NCBI GenBank assembly: GCA_949358305.1
Contig: OX442314.1
Location: 26,722,001 to 26,786,000, forward strand
From: Strigamia acuminata
Taxonomy: Eukaryota
Direction of reading: 5' to 3'
DNA length: 64,000 nucleotides
Position 1 is the stretch's first letter. Every line of letters begins with the position of its first letter. Shown here one piece after another: positions 1 to 29,600 of this stretch. Under the pieces are notes generated by a model that searched no databases, was not told where the DNA came from, and saw nothing but the letters and a program-made list of their open reading frames with translations. Made by a program: the position numbers and the translations under genes.

Positions 1-214
1 GTGGTAAGTACAGACAAAAACAGACAAAACCCCCCCAAAAAAAACCTAAAAACGTCCAAACTGACCCAAAAACGCGCCAAGTTTCGTTTTCTAACGTTCA
101 AATCGAAAATCCCGTCAAGATATTCCAATTCGCGCTCAAATCGAGAAAACGCGAGACTTCTCACAAGTGTAAACTAAATTATTCCAATTCGCACAATTCA
201 AAATTGCCTTTTAG

Positions 215-1199
215 AATCGATTTGCCTAACCCATGAAGGCGGAGCAAGACCTCCTGGCGCACCGGGTGGACCGACGAGAACGACCCGACAACTCGGCGGA
301 ACGGACGATCCCCCTCATTCAGCGAGCGGTCGAACACTAGTCGAAAGTCGAAGCACTTTGAACCGATCGGATGGTCCATGCAATCTGGGATTGGGGACGA
401 CTACCGGCTTAGAGAATCATGAAACTAATGCGATGACCGCGTTTGACTTCCAACCATTACTAGAAACATCAGAAGCCATTCCATTGATCGGTTTCGATTT
501 CGAGACCATTGTTGACTCTAGATCGACGCCGTCGGCCGATTTCGGCGCGGCCGTCTGCGAATATCTGGACGAAGAAAGGTTTGGCGAAGAACTTTGCCCC
601 TTATCTTTATTCGGTGCATCTGTAGGAGGTGGTGGTGGGGTCTTTCAAGATTTAGCTCCTATGTCCAGCTCCGAGAACAGCCTCGTTTCAGTAGATACGC
701 CTCTAGCGGCAGTGGACGACATCAAAACCAACGAAATTCATGTGATGGAATCTGACGATTTTCCGGCATCTGGTGACGGAACCAAAACATCTATCGACGT
801 TCTCTTAACCCAAGAACAAGGAAAAGGTTTCATTTGTTTATTTTTATTACAATTTATTTATTTATTATTTATTTATTTCTTTAATTTTTAGAAATGCCAA
901 CTAACGGTTTGGACGAAGTGATAGCCGCCATTTTGGGACTAGATGACATAATGGTGGGCGATTCAGAAGTGACGCAGGGATTGAAGACGGATTTTAATAG
1001 TCCTATTGACGATGCTCTTGGGAGGATGAAATGTTGCATGAAAAATGCTGTATCTAAAGTCGAACTGGAAGCATTGGCTGGTAGTAGGGGTGAAGGAAGA
1101 GTGCCTTTAATGGTCGTCGATGCACCCAAACAAGAATCTGCGTGTTCGGATCAAGACAATTTGCTGTTTTTGGATAATTGTTACAAAAACTCATTTTAG
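215..1199 (+). CDS. Last two coding exons (215-826, 892-1199) of an uncharacterised acidic protein gene that starts upstream of the window
   Basis: Donor gtaagt at 4 and acceptor ttttag at 213-214. The frame is open from 215 to 826. A phase-1 GT-AG intron at 827-891 joins ORF 358 to ORF 894; stop TAG at 1197-1199. No domain recognised. Confidence 0.6.
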
Positions 1200-1846
1200 A
1201 ACAAAATATCACTTTTATAAATATTTTATTTTTGTGAGAAATTTCGACATTTTTTTGTAAGAATAGAAATAATAAATTTGACGGAGCTAACTTTTCGTTT
1301 TATTTAAATTTATATTTAAGGTTGTCGCTATTTGACGCCAGTGGTCGCTTGATTTTTGATTCGGAAGTGGAAGAAATACTTTATATTCTTATTTTTATTT
1401 TACAGAAAACTATATTTTTATTTTTATTTTACATTAAAACTAATAGTAAATGGTTTTTTTTTTTATTAATTTAATGAAAACGAATATATTTTTGGTGTGC
1501 GTACAGCCCGCACCAAACCTGTCGCTGTTGGGCCGTTGCCACGGCAACAACTAAAGGTTAATTTTGTAAAAAGAATGGCGAGGTTTTTGTGACACTTCTA
1601 ATCTGTACTCATTCACATCATCCACTCTATTTCGGCCCGAGTTGATTAAATTTACCGCGACCATTACTTGAAGGCGTACATCGTTTTCTAAAATGTTTAA
1701 ATCTTAAATGTTAAATTCGTAAAAAAAAAAATCTTAGTTTAATTACTTCGCCATGCCATTTTAAAATATGAAGTGGATTCATATCTACCGATTAATTTAA
1801 AACAACAAACTTAATTTATTTATATTTTCCCACGCATTAATTTAAA

Positions 1847-4674
1847 ATGATTGGAACCGTATTAACCTTGTCTCATTTAGTACTACGGCATCTGGGAATC
1901 GCTTACAATGACGAAGGTAATTTTCAATTAAATTTATACCAAAATTTACACTCAAATTTTGACATTTATACTCAACCTTTTACATTTACATTCAAATTTT
2001 TTACATTTACATTCAAATTTTTACATTTACACTCTAATTTTTACTTTTACACCCTCAAACTTTTACATTTTATCCTCAAACTTTTACATTTACACTCAAA
2101 ATTTTACATTTATCCGCAAATATTACATTTACACTCAAATTGTACATTTACGCTCAATTTTACATTTTCTTTTACATTTCCTCGCAAATTTACACTCAAT
2201 TTAAATCAAAATATCTTTGTTTGGTTTCAGAGGAACGTAAAAGCATACGAAGCAGGCAGAGTCAACGAATGTCCACAGTTATTACGTCAACAGAAGCTTC
2301 TGGTGATTCGACTCAGTCTCAGCAGTCTCCGGCTCGGGACCCAGAAACAACTGTTGTTGGCTATTCACTTCCTGATACCGCTTGTATAGAGCCAGAAACG
2401 CAGGAAGGCGGCGAAGATGGAGATTGGGAGCCAGCCGAAGAAGACCAACAACCGGCTGAATCGGCCAAGTCGAAAAGCCAAGCTACAGCCGGTGCTAAGT
2501 CCACGCAATCAGTAGGAACCGCAGCGGCTGACTCGATTAAATCTAAAACTACCGCAGCGACTTCTAAAACAGCAGCAACAGGAGCATCTAAACCAACAAC
2601 TGAAGCAGCTAGGACCGAATCAGCGACGTCCAAAGCAGGAACAGCCCCGTCCAAATCAACTACCGTAACTATTATATTTTTTTGTACTTTCCCGCAATGC
2701 TTCTGGAAGACTAGAATTTCTGATTTGTCAATTCAACTCGCGCTTGCGAATTTTCTTTGTAGGCAAAGAGCGGCGGAATCATGAAATCGCGACATTCCGT
2801 AGCGGCGTCTTCGGTCGTATCCGAGCGCGGCGACATGGCATCGGGTAAGAAGGCGCCAGCATCTAGAGGTACCGGTAGTCAACAATCGCGTGATGACGAG
2901 AACATCCCGGCGCAGCAATGCGGGATAGTCGCCGCTTGGGAAGATGGCCCACTGCCTCGACCCGCACCCAAATCGAGTTCGCAAATTAAAAGCAGTTTGG
3001 CAACCACCGTCAGCAAACCACCGTCGACGGTAAAGGAAGAAAGTTCGGTATCAGGTTCGTACGGAACTACGAGTTCATCTTCTAAAAAAACGAAATCATT
3101 TTCCACTAAATCACCAACCCCACCGTCTGTCCAATACTCGTCCGAACTATCTTCGAGCCTGTCATCGAAAACCCAATTTTCTCCTACTTTGGATGAAACG
3201 ACAACGGAAAAATCTTCGCTTCCTTCGAAAATAACGACCAAAGAACCTTCGAAAGTAACGACCCAAGAACCTTCGAAAACAACGACCAGAGAACCTTCGA
3301 AAGTAACGACCAGAGAACCTTCGAGAACAACGACCAGAGACCCTTCGAAAGTAACGACCAGAGAACCTTCAAGAACAACGACCAGAGAACCTTCAAAGTC
3401 GCCTTCAAAGACGCCTTCAAAGACGGCTTCAAAGACCCCAACGCAATCCCCATCGCAATCACCATCGAAGAGTCCGCCATCGCAAACACCATCGAAGACT
3501 CCGCCATCACAGGCGTCGCAGAAATCGTCGAAGGCGGGGACTGGTACACCGCCCACTCCACCGATGAAAATAGCGGAATCCGGTGACGATAAAACGGACG
3601 AAAAGCCGGGTGATGAGAGCGACATGGAGAGTAGTCCGTCGAGGATAAGTAAAAGCAGCCAACGGAAGGTTTCGTTCACCGACGACGTCGATGTCGTGAA
3701 ATCTGAAACTGAACCTGAAGGTGGTGACAGAAGTGTGGCTTCTGAGGAAACAAGGGGTTCCAGGGACGCTGATGCGGAAGGAGAAGGTGAGCGATACTTA
3801 TTTGTCAGGAAATACACTACCAGTGGGTCATCATCAAATCAAATTGGACCGATGTGCCCTTTATCCTACTTTATCCTCTATAGGCCCAGGACCGGCCCAG
3901 ACGTTAGTTTTTCTGGGCCTCAGACCGAGGCCCCGCGCTCAGAGGACCTCGCACTTTGAAATTTCCAGCGCTGGACTGGCCCGGCGGGATACTGGGAATT
4001 CCCGGTGACCGGTGACCCGTCACCTGTACAGATTTCTCGGTACTAAATTTAGTACCGGGAACTCTGGACAGGCCGGGCCGCGGGAACAAATTTATACCGG
4101 GAAATCTGGATAGATCGGGCCACAACAAAGGGAAAAAAATTCACAGCGTCACGGACCACCGGGAAATTTCCGGTATCCCGCCGGGCCAGTTCAGCACTGG
4201 TCCGGCCCTGCAAATTTCTAAAAAAATTTGATGATTTTTCGATAAAAAATTCTTTTGGGGCTCGACTAATAACTTTTCCCTGACGCCCTGCGAAACCTCC
4301 AGTCAGTGTAGGGCCGGACTTAGGTATTGCGGGGCCCCTAAACAAAAAGATTTTGGGGATGGACTTTTTGGGGGGGCCCACCCCAAAAAAAAAATGTCGT
4401 CTTCAAACGGCATAGTGTTTTCATGTTTGAATTTGTTTGGTTGCTTTTAACAGACACTGAGACACCGCTATCGAAGAGCAAATCGAGGACGAATACTGAG
4501 GTTGACCCTGCACCAGTATTTTCAGAAGAGACGGTGATAGAGGGCGCTGAAGAGAAAGCAGCACCGGCGGAAGCGGCGAAGAAAACATCCGCAGTAGCAC
4601 CACCCGTTGAAGAATCGGAAGATGAGGACCCGGACGCGGAGAGATTTAAGACACCAGTTTCCCCACCCGATTAA
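1847..4674 (+). CDS. Ser/Thr/Lys/Pro-rich disordered protein, ~582 aa; exons 1847-1916, 2231-2664, 2763-3786, 4454-4674
   Basis: All three introns are GT-AG with matching phases (1, 0, 1). Hydrophobic N-terminus MIGTVLTLSHLVLRHLGIAY; internal 8-aa repeats EPS[KR][VT]TT[RQ]. Confidence 0.75.
1960..2200. repeat. Intronic ~21-bp minisatellite (tttacactcaaatttttaca-like)
   Basis: Visible degenerate tandem units; they produce the repetitive LHLHSNF pseudo-ORFs. Confidence 0.85.
3232..3396 (+). repeat. Coding 24-bp tandem repeat (EPSKVTTR-like units)
   Basis: Repeated gaaccttcgaaagtaacgacca units in frame within exon 3. Confidence 0.9.
3966..4199. mobile_element. hAT-like MITE within a cluster of GC-rich TIR fragments (~3886-4380)
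   Basis: TIRs cagcgctggactggcccggcgggatac / gtatcccgccgggccagttcagcactg. A related copy lies at ~19429-19572. Confidence 0.7.
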
Positions 4675-5065
4675 GACCGATTAAAATTCTAATTTAAGTG
4701 TATTGAATGAGTACTGAATTAAACTGTTGGGAACAAATATTGTCGAAAACTCGTCAAAAATGAACACACAAACACATACGAGGAATAAATAGAAGGAAAT
4801 GGCGGAATTTAAGTTTTTGGTTCGTGCGTTTTGTCAATAGATGGCGTTAGTTTATTATAAATTTACCCATAATTCTCGGCAACGGTTGCCGAGCTACGTT
4901 TTTTTTCGATACAAAAATGGTCTAAATTTTTAGCGTATTTCGTATTTCCATTTCTTTAAACAATTTAGTCAAAATTATCCAGAGAACATTGATGAAGACA
5001 CAGCAAAACTCCGTGAAATGAACGGAAAACAAAAAAATCGACGCAGATAATTAATCGAAGAAGTT

Positions 5066-8000
5066 ATGTTGGCCCTTGTTTTAGTCGTTGGACATCTAAT
5101 TTTGACCAGATTGGGAATCGCATACAGGGCAGTAACCGGTTACTACTACAATACAGATACAGGTATACGTCGTACATCAACATACATAAACCCAGTGACG
5201 GATTAATGGCACAGCCAGTTAGGAGCGCCTTTAGGACCCCCGTAACAGAACTGGTCACCAAAAAAGCACTTTTACGTGCAATTGAGCAAAATTGAACGTT
5301 TTGTCGACTTAAAAAATTCAAAATTACGACACGAGAGTGCCGTAAATGCATTTTTAGACCAAAAAGTTAATTCTTAGATCCATAAATGCATTTTTAGGCC
5401 AAACATTGAACCAAAACTGCCACTTAATCTTGGGCGTCCAAGATTTAGTGGTTTGGTACCCTATGTAAGTGCCTAATTTGCCTTACCGGCAATCCGCCAC
5501 TGGTAAACATAAGTGTTAACTTATCCCGAGTGTTGACTATAATCGGTTGATTATCAATCCAGCGGGAAAATTACTTTGCAATGACGATACGGACACACTC
5601 GATTCCTACCAAAAGAGCAGATACAAATCAGTCGCGCAAACCGGATATGGCTCTCCATCGCAGGCCACCCAATTCACGCACGCGGATCCCCTAAGCTACC
5701 CCGCAATGTCGGCTCAATCCATGAATCCAACCAAAAAGCCCACCATGAACACTTACCAATCCGGCGTAACCCATAAACAATCTGGCTACCCACCGACAAT
5801 GACCACCACTTGCCCGCCGGGAATGATCTCGACAATGACCGGTGGCGGCTACCCATCGACAATGACCGCTGCCGGCTACCCCTCGGCAATGACTACCGGA
5901 ATGTCTACCGGTTACTCCACGGGAATGGCCGCCACCGGCTACAATAGTGCCGCCTACATGGATCTACCGTTGGACGACAGCTGCGGACCGGAAGTATCGC
6001 CGTCCCGGACGGTAAACGGCCCGGTGCCCGAATGCATGGAAACGGCCAACTGGCGAAACAGCCGCGGAAGGTGCGTGCCGGCTTCCGGCTACATGCCGGA
6101 CGCAGGCGGCACAACCATGGCCAGCAACTTCTACGCGCAGGACGGATCCGCTTACGCCACAGCCACACAAAACAAAACCAACGTGGGGTCTGCCTACTTC
6201 GACGGCCAGACCAATCCCCCGGGATCCGCCTACTACGGCGGCCAAAGCAGCATGGGCGGCTTGGCCCAAAGCAGCATGGGCGGCTTGGGCTACACCTACG
6301 GACAACAGTCGCAAATGAGCGGCACCAGGGCCACGAGACAATCCGCCGCCGTCATCCTCCAGGGCGGCGGACCCAACCACATGTCCCAGACGGGCGGCGA
6401 AAACCTCCAAAAACTCAACTTCCAGTTCCGGCCGTCCAAAATCCCGTCCGCCTACCGGTTCCCACGACCGGACGACATCCCTTGCTCCAACGAAGACTTC
6501 CCCGGCCAGGTCGATCAGCAGTACAACCTGAGCGGCACCATGGGAGCCAATTGCGCCAGTGTGGGTGCCACTATGGGCGGCACTATGGGCGGCGTTATGG
6601 GAGGAACCATGATGGGAGGAACCATGGGCGGCGCCTATGGCTCCGGATCCAGATTCAGCTACTGCACCGGCACCAACCCGCGCACCCCTCGCGCCTCGCC
6701 CCCGCGCTCGGTCTTGTCGCAAAGGCCCGCAACGATGTACAAAAGCACCACGGGCCCGACCGCTTTCGGCAGTACCACTTACGGCCCGCAAGAGACCTAT
6801 ATGGAAGAAGACCTAGAGGACGTGGTGTCGTTGTCGCAAGGTTACCAGGCGCAATTGGGCGGCGTGAGCGCGGCGAGCGCCGCGTACCAGCGCGGGGAGA
6901 CCCTCGGCGTGGGCTCGATGCCGCAAGCAGCCAGCACCATCGGCTACGGAGCGCCGCAGAGCACGATGCACTCGACGATGCAGAGCACGGCGAGACCGTC
7001 GCGGGCCACGGCAGCGTACGGCAGCAGCGCTTTCCAAGCGCAGGCGTCGCGCGGCTCGGCTTTTGCGACGGTGCCGCCGAGCCATTCGGCGTACAGTACG
7101 ATGATGAAGAGCGGTAACCAACCGGAGATTTCTGCTGTTTCGCGAGTGGTGGGTGCACGGAGCGCAACCGCGAAGGATAATAGGCCGATCAAGGCGATCT
7201 GCTGCGGGAAACCCACGGGGTTTGACGATGGGCCGTTGCCGCGGCCGCCGAAGAGGAAATCGATGTCGACGGCTGAGGATTTTTCCAAGTCTCGAGCGCC
7301 GAGCAGGCGTACAGGGATGGTGGGGGGGTCTTCGTCGCCGTCGACCACGCCGTCGTCGACTGATTCGCCCGAGATTGAGTACGTGTCGACTTCGATTTCG
7401 GCGATGCCGCATCCGCCGTCGAGACCGCCATCACCTAGTTCGCCGAGTCGGCAATCGCCACCGAGGGGGGCAAGTACTATGTCAGGGATTTCACGGTCGC
7501 CAACAACTTTCCGCCCGGATATGGCTCAAAGTGGGTTTTCTTCACCGCAGAAATCACAGACGCGGCAAACATCGGGTTTGTACTCGGTGCACGCGTCTGG
7601 GATACGAAGTGTTTCGGAGCAAGACGTGAGTAGAAGTTTAGGTTTAAGGTCACGTGTTTGTTAAGTTAATTCGATAAGTTTAAAAGGGTTGTTGAATATC
7701 TGGGGAATTGCGACAAATTTTATAGATTTTTGCCGAATTGCGACAAAATTTTATAGATTTTTGACGAATTGCGACAAAATTTGATAGATTTTTGATCAAT
7801 TGCGACAAAATTTGATAGATTGCGACATAATTTGATAGATTTTTGATGAATTGCGACAAAATTTGATAAATTGCGACAAAGATTGATAAATTGCGACAAA
7901 GTTTGATAAATTGCGACAAAATTTGATAAATTGCGACAAAATTTGATAAATTGCGACAAAATTTGAGAAATTGCGACAAAATTTGATGAATTGCGACAAA

Positions 8001-8356
8001 ATTTTATAGATTTTTGATGAATTGCGACAAAATTTTATAGATTTTTGATGAATTGCGACAAAATTTGATAGATTTTTGATGAATTGCGACAAAATTTTAT
8101 AGATTTTTGACGAATTGCGACAAAATTTGATAGATTTTTGATCAATTGCGACAAAATTTGTAACGATTTGGTTGTTCGAAAATGACTAACTTTTCTTTAG
8201 GTTGCACCATCAGCAGCACCCTACAGCTCCACGCCACTATCGCGCATGGTAACCCCGGCGCCGAACGCTATGGCACCGCCACCTAGAAAACCGACGCGTC
8301 GAAACACATATAACGAAATGGACTGTACCAATACCGATCAATTCAACGACGTATAA
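5066..8356 (+). CDS. Gly/Met/Ser/Thr/Tyr-rich low-complexity protein, ~771 aa; exons 5066-5162, 5563-7625, 8201-8356
   Basis: First exon MLALVLVVGHLILTRLGIAY...DT is missing from the ORF track and joins the 705-aa ORF in phase 1. A phase-0 intron at 7626-8200 has branch-point-like gactaac; stop TAA at 8354-8356. Confidence 0.75.
7706..8161. repeat. Intronic minisatellite, core attgcgacaaaatttgata, with 20-bp and ~32-33-bp units
   Basis: Directly visible tandem array. Confidence 0.95.
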
Positions 8357-8532
8357 ATTTCTTTTCCTTTTTTAACTGCAAAGTAATTTATTTTTAGACA
8401 TAAAATCAACTTCTTTAAAATACAAACTTAAAACCAATGTTTCTTTTTTTGGTGCTGGTGCATGTAAAAACGATCATTTCCTTCAAATCTGTAACCAATA
8501 AATTTCTTTGCTCAATTTCAAATAAATTTCGT

Positions 8533-8537
<5 letters not shown>

Positions 8538-8570
<33 letters not shown>
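8538..8570. repeat. (CT)n microsatellite
   Basis: Visible tctctc run. Confidence 0.95.
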
Positions 8571-9415
8571 CGCAAGGATAAATAACTGCCAATAGAAAGA
8601 TGCAATTTTTTAAAATTTTAATTAAATTGATGATAACAAGTGAATATTTCTTTTTTAAATTGATGTAAAATGTTTAAAGAGATCAGACACATTATAAAGG
8701 AATGTGAGATGATAAAGCCACAAAATATTTAAAGATTTTTTTTTTTTTAAATGGAGAATAAAAGCTGCACTTTTTTTTGTCAAGTCAATTTTTTTTGAGC
8801 TTTTTTTTAACAGGTCATAATAATAATAATAATAATAATTAATCAACATGTAAATGTTAATAAAATATTTACAGTTTTTGTTTAATGTTAAGAGTTTAGT
8901 ATTGCCCTTAAAAAAAATACTTGTGCCGGCAAAAAGAAATTATTATTATTTTTTTTTTTTTTTGCTTTTTTGTTTTTTGATATAACCAAAAAATTGAAAG
9001 ACAAAATGTACATAATACAAGTAAACTGTATACAATTCTACTCAAGGAAATTATACATCAAAACTATAACACCAAACTAAAAGAAAAAAATTACCCAAAA
9101 ATTAACCGTAAACACGTTATTCGTAAGTAATATTTAATCTAAAGTTTTTTTTTCGTTACCAAAGGACCCAAAATACACAAATATTTAAAAAATAAATATT
9201 TACATTAAAGAAAATAAATGAACAAATGCATACAAAAAGCTTGCGGGAGGACAATGGCAATTTACCCATTTTTAGTACCAAAAAATGCAGAAAGGGGAAG
9301 GAAACAGAAAAAAAAAACAAATTCTCGATGTTTATGAAGAAAATTGAACACTACAACAAAATTCAAGTGTTAAAAATGTAACAAATTTGATGTGGATGTT
9401 GTGATATTACATTTG

Positions 9416-12561
<3,146 letters not shown>

Positions 12562-13170
12562 TTCTCTTCAATTTTTCGTTGTAATAATTTTTCTTCAATT
12601 TTTCCCCTAGCGGGCGTTGTTTTGGATGAATTATTACGTTTTCCGTGTCGTTATTTGCCGAATAGTCTAAATATCCGTAAACTACCAATCTCGGACATGA
12701 ATCTAATCTGTGATGATTGGTTTTCAATCGGAATTTCTAGTTAAAAGTGCAAACATTTGAGAGAAAGCCACGCCACTTTCAACCCGCCCATGAAGATCCG
12801 CTAGGGTGCACTTCGCCTATTATTCTCCTCGCTTCTGTTTTTTTTTTAATTGGAAATTTATAAATTTCGATTTTTCACAATTTCCACGTTTTAATGTCGA
12901 ATTTTAATTCTAGCGTTATTATCGGGCGAATAAAATATTTTTTTTGTTTGATTTAATCGGTTGTTGGATCATATCGAGCGTAAGTGGTTGGAGATTATAT
13001 ATCGACGTCATTAATAGTGCATTGTGGGAGGAAAACAGGGTAGTTGGGTTGATGTTCATATATATAGCGCGATTTGCATCGTAGACAGCTGTTTATCACG
13101 CATTGAGTGGAAATCAATAAGTGAAATATTATTTCTTAGGGTGTATCTGGTTTTATAGGACGGAATCAAC
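12562..13170. promoter_or_regulatory. Shared divergent promoter/5'UTR region between Ras1 and ALDH3
   Basis: Start codons are ~610 bp apart, head-to-head. Contains a reverse CCAAT (gattgg ~12715), a GC box (cccgccc ~12783) and a probable ALDH 5'UTR donor (gtaagt ~12980). Confidence 0.55.
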
Positions 13171-25865
<12,695 letters not shown>

Positions 25866-26622
25866 TTCTGTTTAAGAAGATTATCACATACCTAACATAC
25901 ATTAAGAAATTGATTACGGTAATATTTACTAATAATGGTTTAATATTTTAAGCAAAACAAAAAAAATAACTATTTGTATTGTTTAAATTTGTTTTTATTT
26001 TTGATGTTTAATGATTTTACTACATTCTACCAATTGTACCTTATGTATTAAGATCACAATTATAAACTTTCTAACTGGGACTACAAATTGTAAAAAATGA
26101 ATTATTAATAAAAATCTTGATAAAATACAATTTCTTTTTATTTAATTTCTGACATTTAAATAAAACACTTCTACGAAATTAAGTGTCGCCACCTAGTGAG
26201 AGTAAATAAGACTTCAAAGCTAGAATCTGCTAGTCACTTCAATCGTACATATTCACTGTACGCGTTAAACTTAGAGATACCTCATCAAGTTTTTAATTCC
26301 ACATTTATTTCATAAAAAGTATTCGTCATCAATAAAACTAACACCAAATGCAAATTTTGATCCAACACAACGCAGCCTCGAACCCAGTGAGCCCGTTGCC
26401 CGCAATGGGCATCGCAGTAATTACATCACAAACTTTCAACCAATAGCAGCGCACTTTGAGCTAGCACCTTGAAGGAGTCCGCCAAATTTAATGGTCGATC
26501 AATGCTTTCATCTCTTTTTTCCCCGGATATTTCACCTCACCTACAATTGATCCCAAACAACTAACCCATCGTGCCGAAAGAACAAAACCGACTCGCTTCT
26601 TTCGTGCATTCATCACCATTCG

Positions 26623-29600
26623 ATGAACATGCCGAAACCGCCGAAACTCAGGTAAAAATCGTCAACTTCCTTTTGTTTATGGGCGCCAAATACCACATTG
26701 GGGCCGAAACACAACTTTTCCTGCCAAAAACAAACTTTTTAACAATCCAAACCAAACTACGGCACACTGCGCATTGTTAAAACACGTAGAATTGTTTGAA
26801 ACTGGTGTTGGGTGATTGTTAGAGGCCGGGCGGGTGAGAAATATGGAAAATTCAATGTACAAAATGAAGTATTCAGACGAGTTGCAAATCGAGTGCGGAA
26901 TTAGCATTTTCCGGCCCAAATTGCTCGATTTCGAGAACGACGAGGACGGTTTTGACTCCGTTTACATGTCAAGCACATCAAGGTTTTCACAAATCGCCAT
27001 TTTCATTTGTGTTTTTTGGATTAAAAAAGTTAATTTTTTTTTATTTTTTTATTTTTAAGTAATTCTGGTGAGTTCAGCAGCTCCGATGACGAATCCGAAG
27101 ATTCGTCCGCTTATTCGGGCAAAAACGTGAAGAAATTCGTGAGTAAACGACGTTGGAGCAAAGACGAAGTGAGTTTTTAATTAAAAAATGATTAATTTCT
27201 TATCGATTTAATTGAATTTATTGATTAAATTAATTTTTTGCGTGTTTTTTAAGGACGAGAAGTTGAAAACGTTGGTCGAGGGGTTCGGCACGGATGATTG
27301 GAGCAAAATTTCGAATTATTTCAGCAACAGAAGCGATATTCAGTGCCAGCATCGTTGGCAGAAAGTTGTCAATCCGGAATTGATAAAGGGGCCCTGGACG
27401 AAAGAAGTGAGGAGGAAAAATAATAATAATAATCATCGTTTTCGGTACTTGGGTTCTACCAGCATTTTTGTTCAATTTAATCGCAGGAGGACGAAAGAGT
27501 CATTGAATTAGTGAGGAAGTATGGACCGAAAAAATGGACTTTGATAGCGAAGCATTTGAATGGCCGCATTGGAAAGCAGTGTCGGGAGAGGTGATTTTTA
27601 TTTTTTTTATAAATTTACTTTAAAATTAAAATATATTTTACCTTTTTGGATATTTTTTTAAGGTGGCACAATCATCTGAACCCGGAAATCAAGAAGACGG
27701 CGTGGACGGACGACGAGGACCGTATTATTTATCGCGCGCACAAGCAGTGGGGCAACCAATGGGCAAAAATCGCGAAATTACTCCCCGGGAGAACCGATAA
27801 CGCGATCAAAAATCATTGGAATTCGACGATGAGACGTAAAGTTGAAGGGAATAAGATCGAGGCGCAGAATGTGCAGAAAAATGGGAAAAATAACAGCAGT
27901 CGAGAAGTAATTTTGACTGTTTTGCGTTAAAATTTAAGATGTGGATGTTTTTTATTGATTTTTTTGTGTTTTTTTTAAGGAGTCCTTCAATACTAAGCGA
28001 GAGAATTATGAAAATTGGACCTCGGCCACGAGTTATTCGTGCGAAATGGACGAATTCAGCATGGAAGTGGATCGGCAAAACGCACTCGAGGATGAAACGA
28101 ATGCCACGTCGTTGTATATGGAGATGGAGAATTTCCTCGAATCGCCCGTCGAGTACGATTGAATTAATTGAATTAATTTTAGGGTTAAATTAATTTTTTT
28201 TTAAATTTTTTATTTGCAGGAGTTTGGACGCGTTTCAGATCTCTCCGATAATGGAACCGCGAATAGTGGAAAAAGAGTCTTTCGGCGATTTATCCGCGTT
28301 GGACCTCGTCCAAGGCACCGAGATAAATCCCGCGGGAATCACGCCGATCAAGTGCAAGCTCGAACCGATGGGTAATTAATTTAATTCGAAAATAAAATGG
28401 AAAAATTAATTTTATTCGAAAATAAAATGGAAAAATTAATTTTATTCGAAAATAAAATGGAAAAATTAATTTTATTCGAAAAATTGATGGAAAAATTGAT
28501 TTTATTCGAAAAATTGATGGAAAAATTAATTTTATTCGAAAAATTGATGGAAAAATTGATTTTATTCGAAAAATTGATGGAAAAATTGATTTTATTCGAA
28601 AAATTGATGGAAAAATTGATTTTATTCGAAAAATTGATGGAAAAATTGATTTTATTCGACAATTTGATGGGAAAATTCATTTTATTCGACAATTTGATGG
28701 AAAAATTCATTTACAGTAATTAAATTTAAATTTAAATTTAAAAATTTTTTCTCAGAGTACAAATTTACTGGAAGTTCAATTCAAGCGTTATGCGATGGTA
28801 GCAAACACGTCGGGCTTATACCCATCACGTCGAGCATCGCGGCTAAACTCACCACCCCACCGGCCATTCTTCGAAGAGGAAACAGGAAGTCGAATTTGGT
28901 AAATAATTTGATTTGATATTTTTGAGCTTTAAATTGATTTTTTTAAATTTTATTTCGTTTAGAAATTGGAAAAACTAAACGAATCCAACGACGACTCGAA
29001 CGAATCAGACTTATACGCGCACGGCGATGCTTTTGTCGACAGTCCGAGTCGGTACAGCGTCCATCAGCCGCTGACGGCCATCATACCCGAAATGCTGCTG
29101 CGGAGTCCGGAGAAAACAACGCCGATTAAATCGCTTCCGTTTTCGCCCTCGCAGTTCCTCAATAGTCCGGGAATTCGAAATTTGAATTTGACCTCGACTC
29201 CTGTTTGCACCATGTTGAACCAAGAACATTTTTTGTACGATAGCGACAAGTAGGAATTCATTTGATGTCTTATTATGGGAGTCCAATTTTGGGGGTTTTG
29301 TTTGATTTTAGGATTTTTCGAGTTCATTTATTCTATTATTTTGAATATTTTTGGGTTTTGGGAGTCCAATTTTAGGTTTTCGTTTGATTTTAAGGTTTTT
29401 GGAGTTCATTTATTTGATTATTTTGAATATTTTTGAGCTTTGGGAGTTCAATTTAGGGTTTTTAGTTTGATTTTTGGCTTTTTGAAGTTTTTTATTTATT
29501 TTTTTTGATTTTTTTTAGTTTGCTATCGATGGGTGACAATTTTTCGGACCAGGCGCAACAAAGGTTGATGGGTCAGCGCACGCCGTCTAGGAAATGCATC

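Noticed and set aside
5674..7629. Many overlapping alternative-frame and antisense ORFs
   Set aside because: These are expected shadows of a GC3-rich coding exon.
7706..8161. Regularly spaced repeats that could suggest a CRISPR array
   Set aside because: There are no unique spacers or cas genes, and the array is in a eukaryotic intron.
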